Part shown: positions 11,844 to 25,281 of the stretch, in pieces
Layout of the letters: every line of letters starts with the position of its first letter
Numbering within the stretch: position 1 is the first letter of the stretch
NCBI RefSeq assembly: GCF_006345805.1
Contig: NC_043007.1
Location: forward strand, 7,130,001 to 7,194,000
DNA from: Octopus sinensis
Lineage: Eukaryota
Direction of reading: 5' to 3'
DNA: 64,000 bases
The notes under the pieces: generated by a model
What the model was told of the DNA's origin: nothing
The model's input: only the letters and a program-made list of their open reading frames with translations
Database searches by the model: none
Program-made: the position numbers and the translations under genes

Positions 11844-13635
11844 ATATTTATACATATGCATGTAATGTATATACGGGTATTTGTATTTATGTTTGTTTAT
11901 TTGTTTATACGTATACTAATGTGTTGTATATACTTATATATGTGTCTTTATCTACCCAAGTAGTGTCCTTCTTTGTTTATGTTTGTGGTTGTGTGTACAC
12001 CCACTGCCACATCACATATCAACAAGGACATCTGAGCACACCCTGCCTTTCCCTGCAACTGAACAAGTGGAAAACATGCCTAGAAGCATTAATTGCTCGG
12101 AATGCGTGTGAAGTTGCATAAACAACTTCGAGTATGATGTTGCATGTATATCAAGGACTGTGTCCGGCCATACATTGATAAATGTCAACAAAAGAGGTTT
12201 CAAAGTATTTTGGAAGTTAAATTATTAAATTCCATTAGAACAATGTTGAACTATATCTTCTCACAGCTTTCAGCTGTAAGAACTCTGGAAATGTCACTGA
12301 TCCAATTTGAGAGTGACATAGTAGGAAGACGAATAGACAACAACAAAACGAAGAAAAAAATAGGCCAGCTAAAAATAAAATATAATCATATAAAATGCAA
12401 AGTGAATACTTTTTATAGCTCATTTTTTGCTCAATTTGTGTAGTGAATAGAAACCGTTTATGAAGAGTCACATGAAAGATTTCGAAACCCAGCATCACGT
12501 AAATAATGTTGTTTTTTTAAAAAACTTTTTTCTCTCCAACTGAAGCATTCATTCATTTCCTTCTTCCTTCTTTGTAATGTTTTGCGTTGAAATATGTGCA
12601 TCTAACATTTGCGCTTTTATATACACATGTGTGTGTATGTGTGTTAGTGTGTATACGTACACGTTTGTAAACATATGCATATGTTTAACTGTGTACATGT
12701 GTGCGAGTTGGTGTATGTCTGTGATAGTGTGTACTTATTAGTATTGAACACATTTTCTACAGCTAACTAATTCCTTCCCTTTATATGTCTCTCTCTGTTT
12801 CTTTCTATCTCTCTCTCTCTCTCCTCTCTCTCTCTTTCTGTCTGTCTCTCTGTCTCTCAAGCTCTATCCCCTTCTCTATCTCTACTCTCCTTCACTATCT
12901 CTGCACACAGATACACACAAACACACACATCCAGACACAAACACAAACACACACACACACAAACATAATAATTAGTTCTTTATATCAATGTACATGTTAT
13001 GCATTCGAAAATAAGTATTCTTAGCTCTGCATTTCATATGTATTTAAGAATATATGTATTTACACACACACACACTTACATATATATATATATGGATGTA
13101 TATGTTACATATATATATGTGTGTGTGTGCGTATGCACTCACATACAAACACTCCCATGGATAAGTGCGTACACATGCTTATATGTTCGAGAACACCTAC
13201 CAACTGTAATGAATAGATACAACCACATACCCACTCACACACACGTAACCACCCAGTTGATATTGTCTAAATTCCTATGAAAGGGCCTTGTTTCTGTGTG
13301 TTGCAGTTTGGATCCTTATCTAAAGCAGTGTAATTTGAAACATTAACCAGATTTCACATAGAAATACGAATATATGAATACATGTAGAAGGATGAGTGTT
13401 TCTTTTTCATCACACAGCTTCCACCTCATATAATTCAGTCCTCTGTCTTCTATGAACCTTCATTCTGTTCAAGTTTTTCAGTGTTTTATTGTCTTAGAAT
13501 CCTGCTAGCTTCTATTTTCAAATTACACCGACACTTTAATTCATGTGTGCGTGTCTTTGCGCGTGTGTGTGGTGTGTGTGCGTGTGTATCTTCGTGGATA
13601 TGTGTGTATATGTGTGTATTTTGTGTCTGTATATA

Positions 13636-13843
13636 CGAAGGCGTGCTGAAAAGTTTTGGCTGTAGCGGTATCGCGAAAGGCGTTGCTCGACGCCCAGACT
13701 TCCGCGTTCTTTTACAGGGATCAGTAAAGCTAAAAGACTGCTGCAATATGTCTGAATCTGAGATGGCAAGATGCTCAATAAAATTATAATTAACTGATCC
13801 ACTTGCATTTTCTTTTATACAATGCCAGGAACTTTTCAGCACC

Positions 13844-13846
<3 letters not shown>
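13636..13846 (+). mobile_element. Mariner-derived MITE
   Basis: TIRs TA|CGAAGGCGTGCTGAAAAGTT ... AACTTTTCAGCACCCCG; homologous to 56780-56986. Confidence 0.8.
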
Positions 13847-13905
<59 letters not shown>

Positions 13906-14146
13906 TTATCTTTGTGTTTATATATATATATATATATATACATCTAATGTAGGATAACATTTTTCGAAAAAAGTTCTATCAATGACCAGCATATTAAAAA
14001 ATACCTTTAAAGGTTATATTTATAAACAAGGGCAAATGAATTATATGGTTATTGACGACGTGTCTGTTTTCAGCATATTTAGCATTAGAAATTTTTTCTT
14101 TTGCCCTTGTTTATACATTGTATATATATATATATATACATATATA

Positions 14147-14340
14147 TCCTGTAAATGTTATGTGACAATTATTCGGTAGCCAAGATAAAACTCCGAGTTT
14201 CGGATGCCGAGGTGGAAATACACGCCGCCATTTCTTCAGTTATACGGCCATCGGAAAAATACTATGAATACAGCTAAATTCCTCTATTTACATAATATCG
14301 AGGTCTCTTTCATTCTTTTGTTGTCTTACCATTTATATCA
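14147..14340 (-). mobile_element. Probable PLE pLTR fragment embedded in (TA)n
   Basis: Non-repetitive ~190-bp cassette between TA tracts, carrying a hammerhead motif. Confidence 0.55.
14177..14250 (-). ncRNA. Type I hammerhead ribozyme motif
   Basis: UGGCC-GU-AUAA CUGAAGA [AAUG...CAUCC] GAAAC UCGGA GUU UUAU-CUU-GGCUA; stem I is 4 bp + internal loop + 5 bp; stem III AACTC-G-GAGTT is self-complementary. Confidence 0.7.
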
Positions 14341-14350
14341 ATATATATAA

Positions 14351-14410
<60 letters not shown>

Positions 14411-14749
14411 CGTCTGTGTACTGCTGTGTGTATGAATATGTGAGTCTCTATGCAGCAAGAACGAGTAGCAGGAGGAATCTATTTATCTGTTTATCTATGT
14501 CCCCTTCAACAGCTGTAAAGTTTGTTAGTTTCTGCAATATGCACCTATTTAATGCATATGCAAAAAGGATAACAGATTTAGGCAATTAGGAGAAGATATT
14601 TCATATCTGGAAAGTGTATCAATAATTGAACTTATGAGTGTCTGTGTGTAAGTGCATGTATGTGTGCATGTGTGTGTGTGCACGTATGTATGTTTGTATG
14701 TATGTAAGTATGTATTTATGCAAGTATGCATGTTTGTATAAATTAAAAT

Positions 14750-14787
<38 letters not shown>

Positions 14788-15149
14788 TGACAAATTGTTT
14801 CGTAGCTTTAAAACATGTAAATATTTTATATTATTTAATAATAAATAAATTAGTTACTTGCCTATATTAATGCAAAATGAAAACCAAAAATCTATCAAAT
14901 GCCGATGTTAAGCTACGCCATTTATGTAGAAGTTTATTCTTAGAACACACATCTCAAAGTCTCTATGTCCTTATGAACTCAACAATATACAATTATATCT
15001 GCTAGGAATGGTCCCGCAATGAACAGAGGAATTCGAAGCATTACCTTCGTCCAACACTGTATTTTTATTTATTAATTTATGAAATTTGAGGCGTGATAAT
15101 ATTTATTTTACCACAGAAAGAATTAATATCACAAAAAAATATAACTAAA

Positions 15150-15274
15150 TATTGGCCGCAGAAACCTGCAATATACTGAGGGCTCCGCGATATAACTTTA
15201 CATACATTAGCCAGAAAAATCTGCGACGTACTGAGGGCGCGATAGTCGAACCGCGATAGGGTAAGTGATAACTG
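15150..15274 (-). mobile_element. End of a pogo/Tigger-like DNA element
   Basis: Minus strand TA|CAGTTATCACTTACCCTATCGCGGTTCGACTATCGCG resembles pogo-type TIRs; partner end not found. Confidence 0.4.
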
Positions 15275-15275
15275 T

Positions 15276-15477
<202 letters not shown>

Positions 15478-16253
15478 CGAGATAAATAACTGTAGCTGCA
15501 TTGGGGTGCTTAAGAAACCAAACACAGTATAGCACCAGATCCGTTCATCTTAAACTACGTTAGTAATCAAGATAAAACACGTGAAACTAGTGGTTTGATC
15601 GTAAATATATACAACTGAAATATTCCTTCTGCATTTAAAAATTATTATATACTCCCACATCTGTGAACTTGTATACAAAACTGTTCCGTATGTTTGGGAG
15701 TGTCTGTGAGTGTGTATATGTGTGTGCAGATGCGCATATGTGTTTGCGAGTGAATATATCTAGATTACTATTTCTTTATATGTATATACGTCTGTATATA
15801 ATTGCCTTTGTATGTATTTAGGTATATGCCTGTATGCGTGTATTGGCGCGTTTGTGTGTATGTAAGGCACAAAATCGCACAAAGAAATGTGGTACTGCTC
15901 TGGTTTCGAACAGGTATCTCTTTCATTCTGTGTTGTTTACAATTGTATTAAGAATAAAACACACCTATTGCTCCATCGATTCAGAGAGCGAAGTCGATAT
16001 CCTTCACACGTTTGTGACGTGGGTCGCAAATCTTTACATTTCCAAGGAATCTTCCGGTTTCGTTTTGGACTCTGAAGAATTTCAAAGGGAGAAAGGATCA
16101 TCAACTATAACGTATATGCGTTTGTGGATGTGTGACTCTGTCTGTTAATGTGCACATGGGTGAGCGCTCACGCACTATCTCGAATAGGACTTTCACGCGA
16201 AATGTTGTCAGTGACATGAAAAAATATATACATATATATGTATATATATAGAT

Positions 16254-16308
<55 letters not shown>

Positions 16309-16381
16309 AATATATATAGATATACATATATATATATATACATATATATACATATATATTGATAGATATATAAAGATAGAT

Positions 16382-16418
<37 letters not shown>

Positions 16419-17136
16419 CACGCACGTATATATATACATATACATAAATATATACGAACATATATGTATATATATATACGTATATACACACACATACATA
16501 CATATGTGTGTGTATGAACACTGTCACACATAAAATATAAGCGATACAGATGAACTTATAAAACTTATATGTACACATATCGAAAGACATGTTTAATAGA
16601 TTTGTTTTCGGTAATAATCCTGACCTCTATCTTGGACAATTGGCCGTCTGTTTGCAATGCTATAAAACTTGAAGCTTTATACACGTTTTTTTTTCGTGGT
16701 TAATTAGCTGTATTCTTTAGCTGCGTTAATTAGTTTTTAGAAGCTCACACGTTTGTGCTTATCTAACAATCTATTCTATTTTCAATTTTGAAATTCAGGA
16801 ATTTTAAGAGTGCTCCTTCTAATTTCGGAAGCATATAAACATTCTAAAATACCCACATGCACACATGCACAAATCCTTTTACGGAAATATATGCTTCGTG
16901 TTTGCTTTTCAACGACAGGTAACAGATCTATCAAACTTTGTAACCAAATGGAATCGTAGTTCCTTTTCATCTCAACACCTGTTGACAGTATCACTAATTC
17001 CGTTAGTGTCTACCACGTTACAATTAGTTTAACGACATTTAGCAATACATAAATATGTTGTTGTTTTGTTTTTTTACACGTGTTATATACAACAAAATAT
17101 ATAGAGAAAAAAAGTCAACATAACATAAAAGTCAAC

Positions 17137-17240
17137 AGTCCCACTGCGTGGCACCTTGGGCAAGTGTCTCCTACTACAGCCTCGGGCCGACCAAAGCCTT
17201 GTCAGTGGATTTGGTTGATGGAAACTGAAAGAGGCCCGTC

Positions 17241-17290
<50 letters not shown>

Positions 17291-17505
17291 GTGTGTTTGT
17301 CCCCCTCACCCCGAACATCGCTTGACAACCGATGCTGGTGTGTTTACGTCCCCGTAACTTAGCAGTTCGGCAAAATAGACCGATATAATAGTACTCGGCT
17401 TACACAGAATAAGTCCTGATGTTGATTTTTCCTCGACTAAACGGCGGTGCTCCAGCATGGCCGCAGTCAAATGACTGAAACTAGTAAAGGAGTAAAAAAG
17501 AGTAT
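17137..17505 (+). mobile_element. SINE family 1, 5'-truncated
   Basis: Starts at AGTCCCACTGCGTGGCACCTTGGGC; complete tail. Confidence 0.9.
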
Positions 17506-17628
17506 AACTGGCGAAAATCTAAACAGACAATGTGAAACAAAAATAGACAAAACTGCAAAAGCATGGCCGTGTATGATTGCGTGTTTGTGCAAGTGTGGAT
17601 GTTAGATTAGGGTATAATTAGGTTATCA

Positions 17629-18010
17629 GGAGGCGCAATGGCCCAGTGGTTAGGGCAGCGGACTCGATGTCATAGGATCGCGGTTTCGATTCCCAGACCG
17701 GGCATTGTGAGTGTTTTTTGAGCGAAAACACCTAAAGCTCCACGAGGCTCTGACAGGGGATGGTGGTGATCCCTGCTGTACTCTTTCACCACAACTTTCT
17801 CTCACTCTTACTTCCTGTTTCTGTTGTACCTGTATTTCAAAGGGCCGGCCTTGTCACTCTCTGTGTCACGCTGAATATCCCCGAGAACTACGTTAAGGGT
17901 AGACGTGTCTGTGGAGTGCTCAGCCACTTACACGTTAATTTCACGAGCAGGCTGTTCCATTGATTCGGATCAACCTCGTCGTCGTAACCGACGGAGTGCT
18001 TCCAAAAAAA
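17629..18010 (+). mobile_element. tRNA-derived SINE family 2, young, with 13-bp TSD and A-tail
   Basis: GGAGGCGCAATGGCCCAGTGGTTAGGGCAGCGGACTCG head; AATTAGGTTATCA at 17616-17628 and 18010-18022. Confidence 0.92.
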
Positions 18011-18734
18011 ATTAGGTTATCATAAGATTAAGAATAACAAGAAGACCTTTACTGATCTGGAGAACGGTGGTGAAAGTAGATTCCAATTTATTATAAAAAT
18101 CGTTTCGATTAGGTCTAAAATTTCCGCCAGATGTCGGACAAAACACAACATCGAAGTATAAGCCAAGCATATATCGTGTTTGTGAACGTGCTTGTGTACA
18201 CGTGTGTGAAGGTCGGAATGCGTGTGGACAAGGAATAAGGTTTAGAAAAGATAACAAATCATAGGCGATAATTCACAAAATTGCTCAAACACGTTTGCTT
18301 TCAATCTAATTGCTTAATATTCTGTAATTATTCATGTATATTGTCTGTGTATTTTTTTTTATATCAATGGAATTATTATTTGATATATCAGTTCCTGTTT
18401 GTCTGCCTCTCTCTCTCTTTCTCTCTCTGTCTCTCTCGGTCTCTTTCTGTCTCTCTCTTTCTCTCTCTCTTTCTCTCTTTCTTTCTCTCTCTCTCTTTCT
18501 CTCTCTCACTTTCTCTCTCTCTCTTTTATAAACCCGCTTTCGTTGTTACAACTTACGTAATTATGGGTTTGTGATTAATCTTTATATTTTCTATCTTTTC
18601 ATTTGTCTTGCTCGCTTAAGTTCTGGCGTTTGCTAAATTTTCTTGAGAACAATCCTTTCTTAGTGGTAAGACCGTAGGGAGTCGACATCTAGCATAATAG
18701 ATGTCTACTTAGTGGTCATCCCTCTTATAATATG

Positions 18735-18779
<45 letters not shown>

Positions 18780-19356
18780 TTATTCATGCTTATATATAGG
18801 GGGTCTACTTCTAGCATAATAGATGTCCACTTAGTGGTCATCCCCCTTATAATATGTATATATTCAGACACTTGATAGATAGATAGATAGATAGATATGG
18901 AGAGAGGGAGGACGGAAAGAGACAGACAGACAGACAGAGAAGAGAAGTGCGGGAGATAGGCAAATATAGACACGAGGACTGATTTATCGATTGTTTGATT
19001 AGCTATTTGATTCATCGGTTGACACAATGTGTTAATTCTGAGTGAATGATTAATTGATTAACTGTGAAATATCCTCTTCAGCTTTCTTTAGAAGCAATAA
19101 TTCTCATTGGAGATTTAAAACGTTGAGTATCGAGAGGAAGGCATAGAGAGATGTAGAGTAAGAGGGAGAGGGAAACGCGTAGCAAGAGAGCGTTTGAGAG
19201 AGGGAAAAAGGAGACGGAGAGCAGGTCAAACAACTAAAGTAATTAAACGGGTGATATGTTAAAACAAACAGATTTACGATGTTTACTCTAAGTTGTAATG
19301 TAATGGAGGGCGGCATAGTTTCAACTATAATTGCGTGAGCGTGTCAGCAACTATAA

Positions 19357-19424
<68 letters not shown>

Positions 19425-22400
19425 CACATGTATATAATATTTGTGCTATCAGTTAATGGGGTCATCAGGAGACAGTGTTTATCGTTTCGGGGCCTTCCCC
19501 TCGACGGCATCATTGAACACTGCAAACTAAATCAACTGGTTCTTAGGTTTCTCTAAATATTCATCTAGTCATTGGTCATTGCCTCTTTGTTTAACCAAAT
19601 CCCGTGTCTTGCCTTCTCCATTGTAGACTTGATAGGCCTCACGCACTTTCCAATGAATCCTTGGCAGCCAACTTCGATTGTAAAATATTCTGCTTTCCTG
19701 CCTGCATTTTTATATTCCTTGAGCAATTTTTTCATAACGGTCGACCTTTCGAGATCGAGCAGCATTCATGTTATCTTCATGAGGAACTTTTAAGTCGACT
19801 AGATTTACTAATTATGACACTATATCATAATAAGCGGGGTTTTTTTTCGTAACTGGAATTGGGTAGATTCATTGACATCCTGGTAAATCTGCAGCCACCT
19901 CCCAATAGCCGAACCATTCTTCACGGGAATTTTCTACTTCAACAAGATCTACCGTCATGAACGCACGAAGATAATGAAATCCCTGGTTAGTGCCTTCAGT
20001 GGCTTTTGCCATTGTTGATGAGAGCAATTGTTCACGAAAGCATTGTTGATGAGAGCATTGAAAAACTTCAGGACCAGGTTGTGTCTCCATTTATATCTAA
20101 TCGATGCCAGTGAACAGCGCGAAAGAATATGTTCCAGTGATCCGACTTTTCCGCCTGTGTATTTATGCATTCAATCTTGGTTTTTAGGCGATGGGAAGGC
20201 ATCGTCGGATAAACGAATCAGAAACCTTAGTCATGATGTAGTCCACTTCCATATTTCGCTCTTTTCTCTGCACAATATACTTCTCCTGCTTCTCCATTTA
20301 TCCTTGTTGAGAGCATCAAATCGAATGAAGATCTCTTGTCTCTTTGTTTTGACGCTGTTGCTAATGACAAATCCTATGTTCGCTGCGCATCATACCTGAA
20401 AACGATCGGAACCGATCCGTGCCAAATCCAAGTCTCTTCCGATGAATTTGCCTGGCACCCACTACACCTTGATGTGTAAGTGAAGATATCATCACTGTCT
20501 ATTTCCGTTTTCTACTTCCTGACTGTTTTTATATTTGTTGGATTACGCCTGGTTTCTATATCCTTCGACTCCCTCGGCATCATCGCTGTTTGCACTTTCC
20601 CTAATTAAGACGACTGACGCCAGTGGCAACTGCAACGAACCTCTTTTACGATAAAGAACTGAACTGTTCAATATACGAAATAGGCCAAGCAACTTCCTAG
20701 TGAACATATTGCGCTTTTGCACAAAGATTTGAACTCATGACCAGGAAAGTGACCAGGAAAGGCGCGGATATAAGCCGAACTGTGAGCACCATATTTTGTC
20801 CTTATGTGGTAGCTTTTAACTATCAATTATTGTTAGTACATCCTCGGCTTGTTTCATAATCTGCATCCTGTGACTCCTATCGGAAAATGTTCCAGAATAT
20901 ACACGCTCCAAGTTTTTAACAGGTTCTTCTTTGATTATTGGAATGCTTTCTCCCGCTACTTTAATTTTTTTCTTGTTTTTGTACTCCCTTAATAAATTTC
21001 AGACCAGGCAAATGTTTTACTATGAATCGCATCCCTGACTACTTTATCATCTCGTTTAGCCTCAAGAGGGCACTCTTCAAGATTTGCTTGCTTATCAACA
21101 GAAGTGTCACATCATCTACGAGGGCCTTCTTAGGTGATTGTATGTTCCGAAAAATCTGCCGCTTTCATAATCATCACGATGTCTAGGATAAACCACATGA
21201 CACAGATATTGTAACTCCAGCTGCAATGTCAATCTTCAAGCAGTGCCAATCTGTTGTAAATTTACCAACTGTAAGCCTCATCTCGAAACTGTCATAATAC
21301 ATCCTCATTAAATTTTTTACCTTCCCCGGAGTGTGGAAGTCGTCCATGACACTCATTAACAATTAGCTAGATCAGGCCATACCACGTTCAAATTTATCTT
21401 GTTCTGCTTGGTATACCGGAATGCTTTCCAAATCGAAAAGCAATGCTCAACGCATCCAGCGATAGCAGAGAACCAGGGTTCCAGCCTTTTGAACAGATTC
21501 ATGAACGTACCCATTGTTCTATTGGTATACTCTTTACTCTTTTACTTGTTTCAGTCATTTGACTGCGGCCATGCTGGAGCACCGCCTTTAATGGAGCAAC
21601 TCGACCCCGGGACGTATTCTTTGTAAGCCCAGTACTTATTCTATCGGTCTCTTTTGCCGAACCGTTAAGTGACGGGGACATAAACACACCAGCATCGGTT
21701 GTCAAGCAATGCTAGGGGGACAAACAGAAACACACAAACATACATGCACACATATATATGTATATATATATACATATATACGACGGGCTTCTTTCAATTT
21801 CCGTCTACCAAATCCACTCACAAGGCTTTGGTCGGCCCGAGGCTATAGTAGAAGACACTCGCCCAAGGTGCCACGCAGTGGGACTGAACCCGGAACCATG
21901 TGGTTGGTAAGCAAGCTACTTACCACACAGCCACTCCTGCGCCTTTATTGCTTGTATATTACTGTTCTTCCAAAGAGAAATCCAATAAAGATCTTGCTGT
22001 CCATATTTAATAAGGACATTGGTCTAAACCGTTTTATAATCTCTGCGTTGCGTTCCTTTCGCAAGTAAATGTCTCCTTACATCAATCCTCTACTAAAGTC
22101 TCTTTACGCCAAAGCCATTGCAGCAGGACAAAGAGCATCTTTCGTAGACAATTCCAATACTTTTACACATTACATAAGACGCCTTCACCTCCTAGGGCCC
22201 TCTTTGCTCTGGCTTTTCCCACATATTCTTTCACTTCTTTCTCCTTGATGTCAATAATTTGAAAATTGACATCAGGTATTAAGAGATGCGTTTGTCCATT
22301 TATAGGCGGCAGTGGTTGGCTACGATTTGGACCACTGTAGGTTTCTTTTAGATAAGCATCCAGTTCTCCTTTTGTGCCATGATAAAGTGCTACTCTTTGT

Positions 22401-22930
22401 TTCAGTGAACGGCTTCTTCGTAACCCTGTTGGGGATCTTCAGAAATTGTTCACGAATCCTTTTGCTTTATTTACTTCGTTCCTATCAGCGGATATTTCGT
22501 TGTACATAGCGACATTTTCTTTCTAAACTTTCGTACAGCTGCGTGAGGCCATGTTTTTCGTCTTCTTCTGCACTTTTTATCGCTTTCTTTTCCATTCTCT
22601 GGTTATTTCATTTCCTGGTCCTCTTGCTTGGTCCACCCTTTCCTTTTGCCAATGCAGTCCTATTTTGTTTTACTCCAAATAATCCAATTCCTGTATCGTA
22701 TATTGAGATTGCAAACATTGCCAGTTTTTTCACTGTAGATCCTCTCAATATATATAAATCTTTACCGTGTTCTCACTCTTTATAACTTACTTTTCCAGTA
22801 GCAACAGGCCACAGACTTCTGGGTTTCTTGTGATCCCTATCTGATGCATCGGTCTCATAACCTGCAGATTCCTGTCGGGAAGATGTCTTTGCTGTAGCAT
22901 TTATTGATCCGCTGTGGTTTGCGTCAGGGA
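19425..22930 (-). mobile_element. Decayed R2-group (Hero-like) LINE with RT and restriction-like endonuclease, split by a SINE
   Basis: FRPMSLLN, GYVHESVQKAG, GCVEH, VVWPDLAN, TTDWHCL..IAAG.TIS, ALVDDVT, FLIR..DAFPSP, SLEHILSRC..RYKWRHNLVL, LVDLKVPHEDN, FTIEVGCQGF; many stops and frameshifts. Confidence 0.85.
21528..21944 (-). mobile_element. SINE family 1, full length, inserted into the Hero RT
   Basis: Canonical head at 21944 and (TACTCT)n-like tail at 21528; Hero frame resumes on both sides. Confidence 0.92.
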
Positions 22931-25281
22931 GTGATTTGTCAAGTGTGATATATGTACAAATACACGCAGGAATATATGTGTGTTTGAATGTGTGTGTGTG
23001 AGTGTTTACGTGTGTGTGTGCGCAAATGTTTGTTTGTGTGTTTCGTGGTATTCTCGGAGGACCATTATGCCGACAGAATCTCTTTTAGTACACGATTTCA
23101 CAAGAATCGAAGCCAAATACAAGAAACAAAATACACACATATAGGCTTTTATTATGAATTAGGATTATTATCATTATCCAGGTGAAATCAATGAAGAAAA
23201 ATGGTTTTTGGTAATTAAGCTCTTAGGTTCCGAGACTTTAGACTTTTGTGTGAATTATATTTATGTAAGATCATTTTAGAGTGATGTAGTTTAACTTGAA
23301 TGTTTTCTGGAATGAGTGGTAAAACAAGACTAGCTTGAATATAAAGTGACAATGGAACGAACAATGAAACCTAGGTGAACTTTATATGCAACTAAAATAA
23401 TTTGACAGTGAAATTTACTATCAAGAAATCAGATAGTTAGACTATGAAAATGGCAGACCTAGGCATGCTGCCCTTTTGTGTGAGTGTGGTGGGGAACAGT
23501 TTTAATTATTTGAATATTTCCTGTGAAGAATGATGGAAGGATCTGTTTTCTAATAAAGGAAAGCTCCGTGTTAAAATATTGAAAAGAAAAAATCTTAAAT
23601 TATTACTAGTTGAAGCATAGACAATGCTTTCAAACTGTGCTGTTTCGTAACTAGAGTGACTGTGATAAAAGTGCTTAGTCATCAAATTTGTTGCCTGAAA
23701 AGAATGACTTTTTCGGGTATATCATTTAAACTTTTACTAGACTGGCCAAGTGCATCAATAGTTATTGTAATAAATTGTGAATTTTTAATGCAGATTTAAA
23801 GCAGTTGTTCAGATATGTTCTCTTACTCGCTGATTTTGTGCAAAAATGCCCATGTCAGCAATGCAAACCTCTTCTAAGACTATAAAACATTTATGCCCCA
23901 AATAACTATGGCAGACTTGTTTGCTTGTGCTTGATGGGGAATTTTTACAGGTTCCAACCACTGACCTTGTGTTCATAGGAATAAGATTAGTCAGTATATT
24001 TATCCTATTGCAGACTTTCCGGTGAATGCTTTCTGCATTGTTTTAGCAACAAGATGGTGCTTGGGATTTAGGAGCTTAGTCAACAGACGTTTGTCCCAGG
24101 TGACATAGGATGGCACCATGAGAGATTAAATGTGTCATGATCTCTTTTGTAGATTGGGTATTTCGTAGTTGTCGTAGGTTTTAGAATCAAGTTCTTCGAA
24201 AGGTTATGTAAATCTTTGAGAAGAATTCATGTTAACGTCATTCTCAAGTTAACAACAAACTCGTGGATGCACATGTATAATATGTATGTATATACTTATA
24301 TACAGAGACATATATACAGAGACAGAGAGACAGGTAGGCAGGATGAAAGAGAGGCGCACAGATACATTGATATATCTGGTACGTGCATGTGTGTGTGTGT
24401 GTGGAAAACGAAATGAGAATGAGAGAGTTTTTGTCTGGAGCAGACCGTCTCAGAACTAGGAAGAACAAAGTGGTTATACTCCTGCTTGAAAATTTACAAA
24501 GCATCCGTTACTAAACAGACATGTGCAAGGAAGAGAATTCAATCGGACCAATATTTTGTTCTGTAAAGACTGGTGGTTAACAACAAATAGGTAATGAGAT
24601 GCAGAGAGACATGTGAGTTATGAGAGCATGAAACGAACGGGTGTGAAACAGATTACTTGCCGAAGAACATCAGTCACTGTAGTAGACATAAAACGCAAAG
24701 GGATAGAGACAGACAGACAGAGAAAATTATCCACCAGTACCAGAAATCAAATCAATGGATAACTACGACATTACCAGAATTACTTACAATGTAGTTTTGT
24801 ACCGAATTAGAATTAGAAATACGAGATTGAAAAAGAAGTTTTCCTTTTCTTCTATTTGAACGTCTGTTCTTTTGTTTATGTCTTGCTGCGTATAAACTTG
24901 GAAATGAATTCTGTCGAAATTCTAGAAAGAAATATTAAAACATTAAACGAAAAAAAAAAACATATTCATTGAAGTTTGTCAAAGGAAAACATAGAGAACC
25001 ACTTACCTTTTGTATTATTTTGTTATTTCGCAGTGGAAGGAGAAAATATACTTCCGGCGTTAGATATAAACATTCGTTTTACGTGACAGTTCAAAGTCAG
25101 AAAGAACACGAGACTTTTTTTTCCTATCTGTGATGAGGATTGACGTTTATACTCGATGCTTACCACGTACAAGCTAACAGAGAAGAAACGAAAAATTTAT
25201 ACACACATACACACACATATGTATATATATGCATACATATATACATACACATACACACACACCCACACACACATATATATA

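Noticed and set aside
19440-19530. GGGG-AAGG-CCCC-GAAAC and CTGATGA in the Hero 3' region (minus)
   Set aside because: The words are present but cannot be assembled into a consistent type I, II or III hammerhead topology
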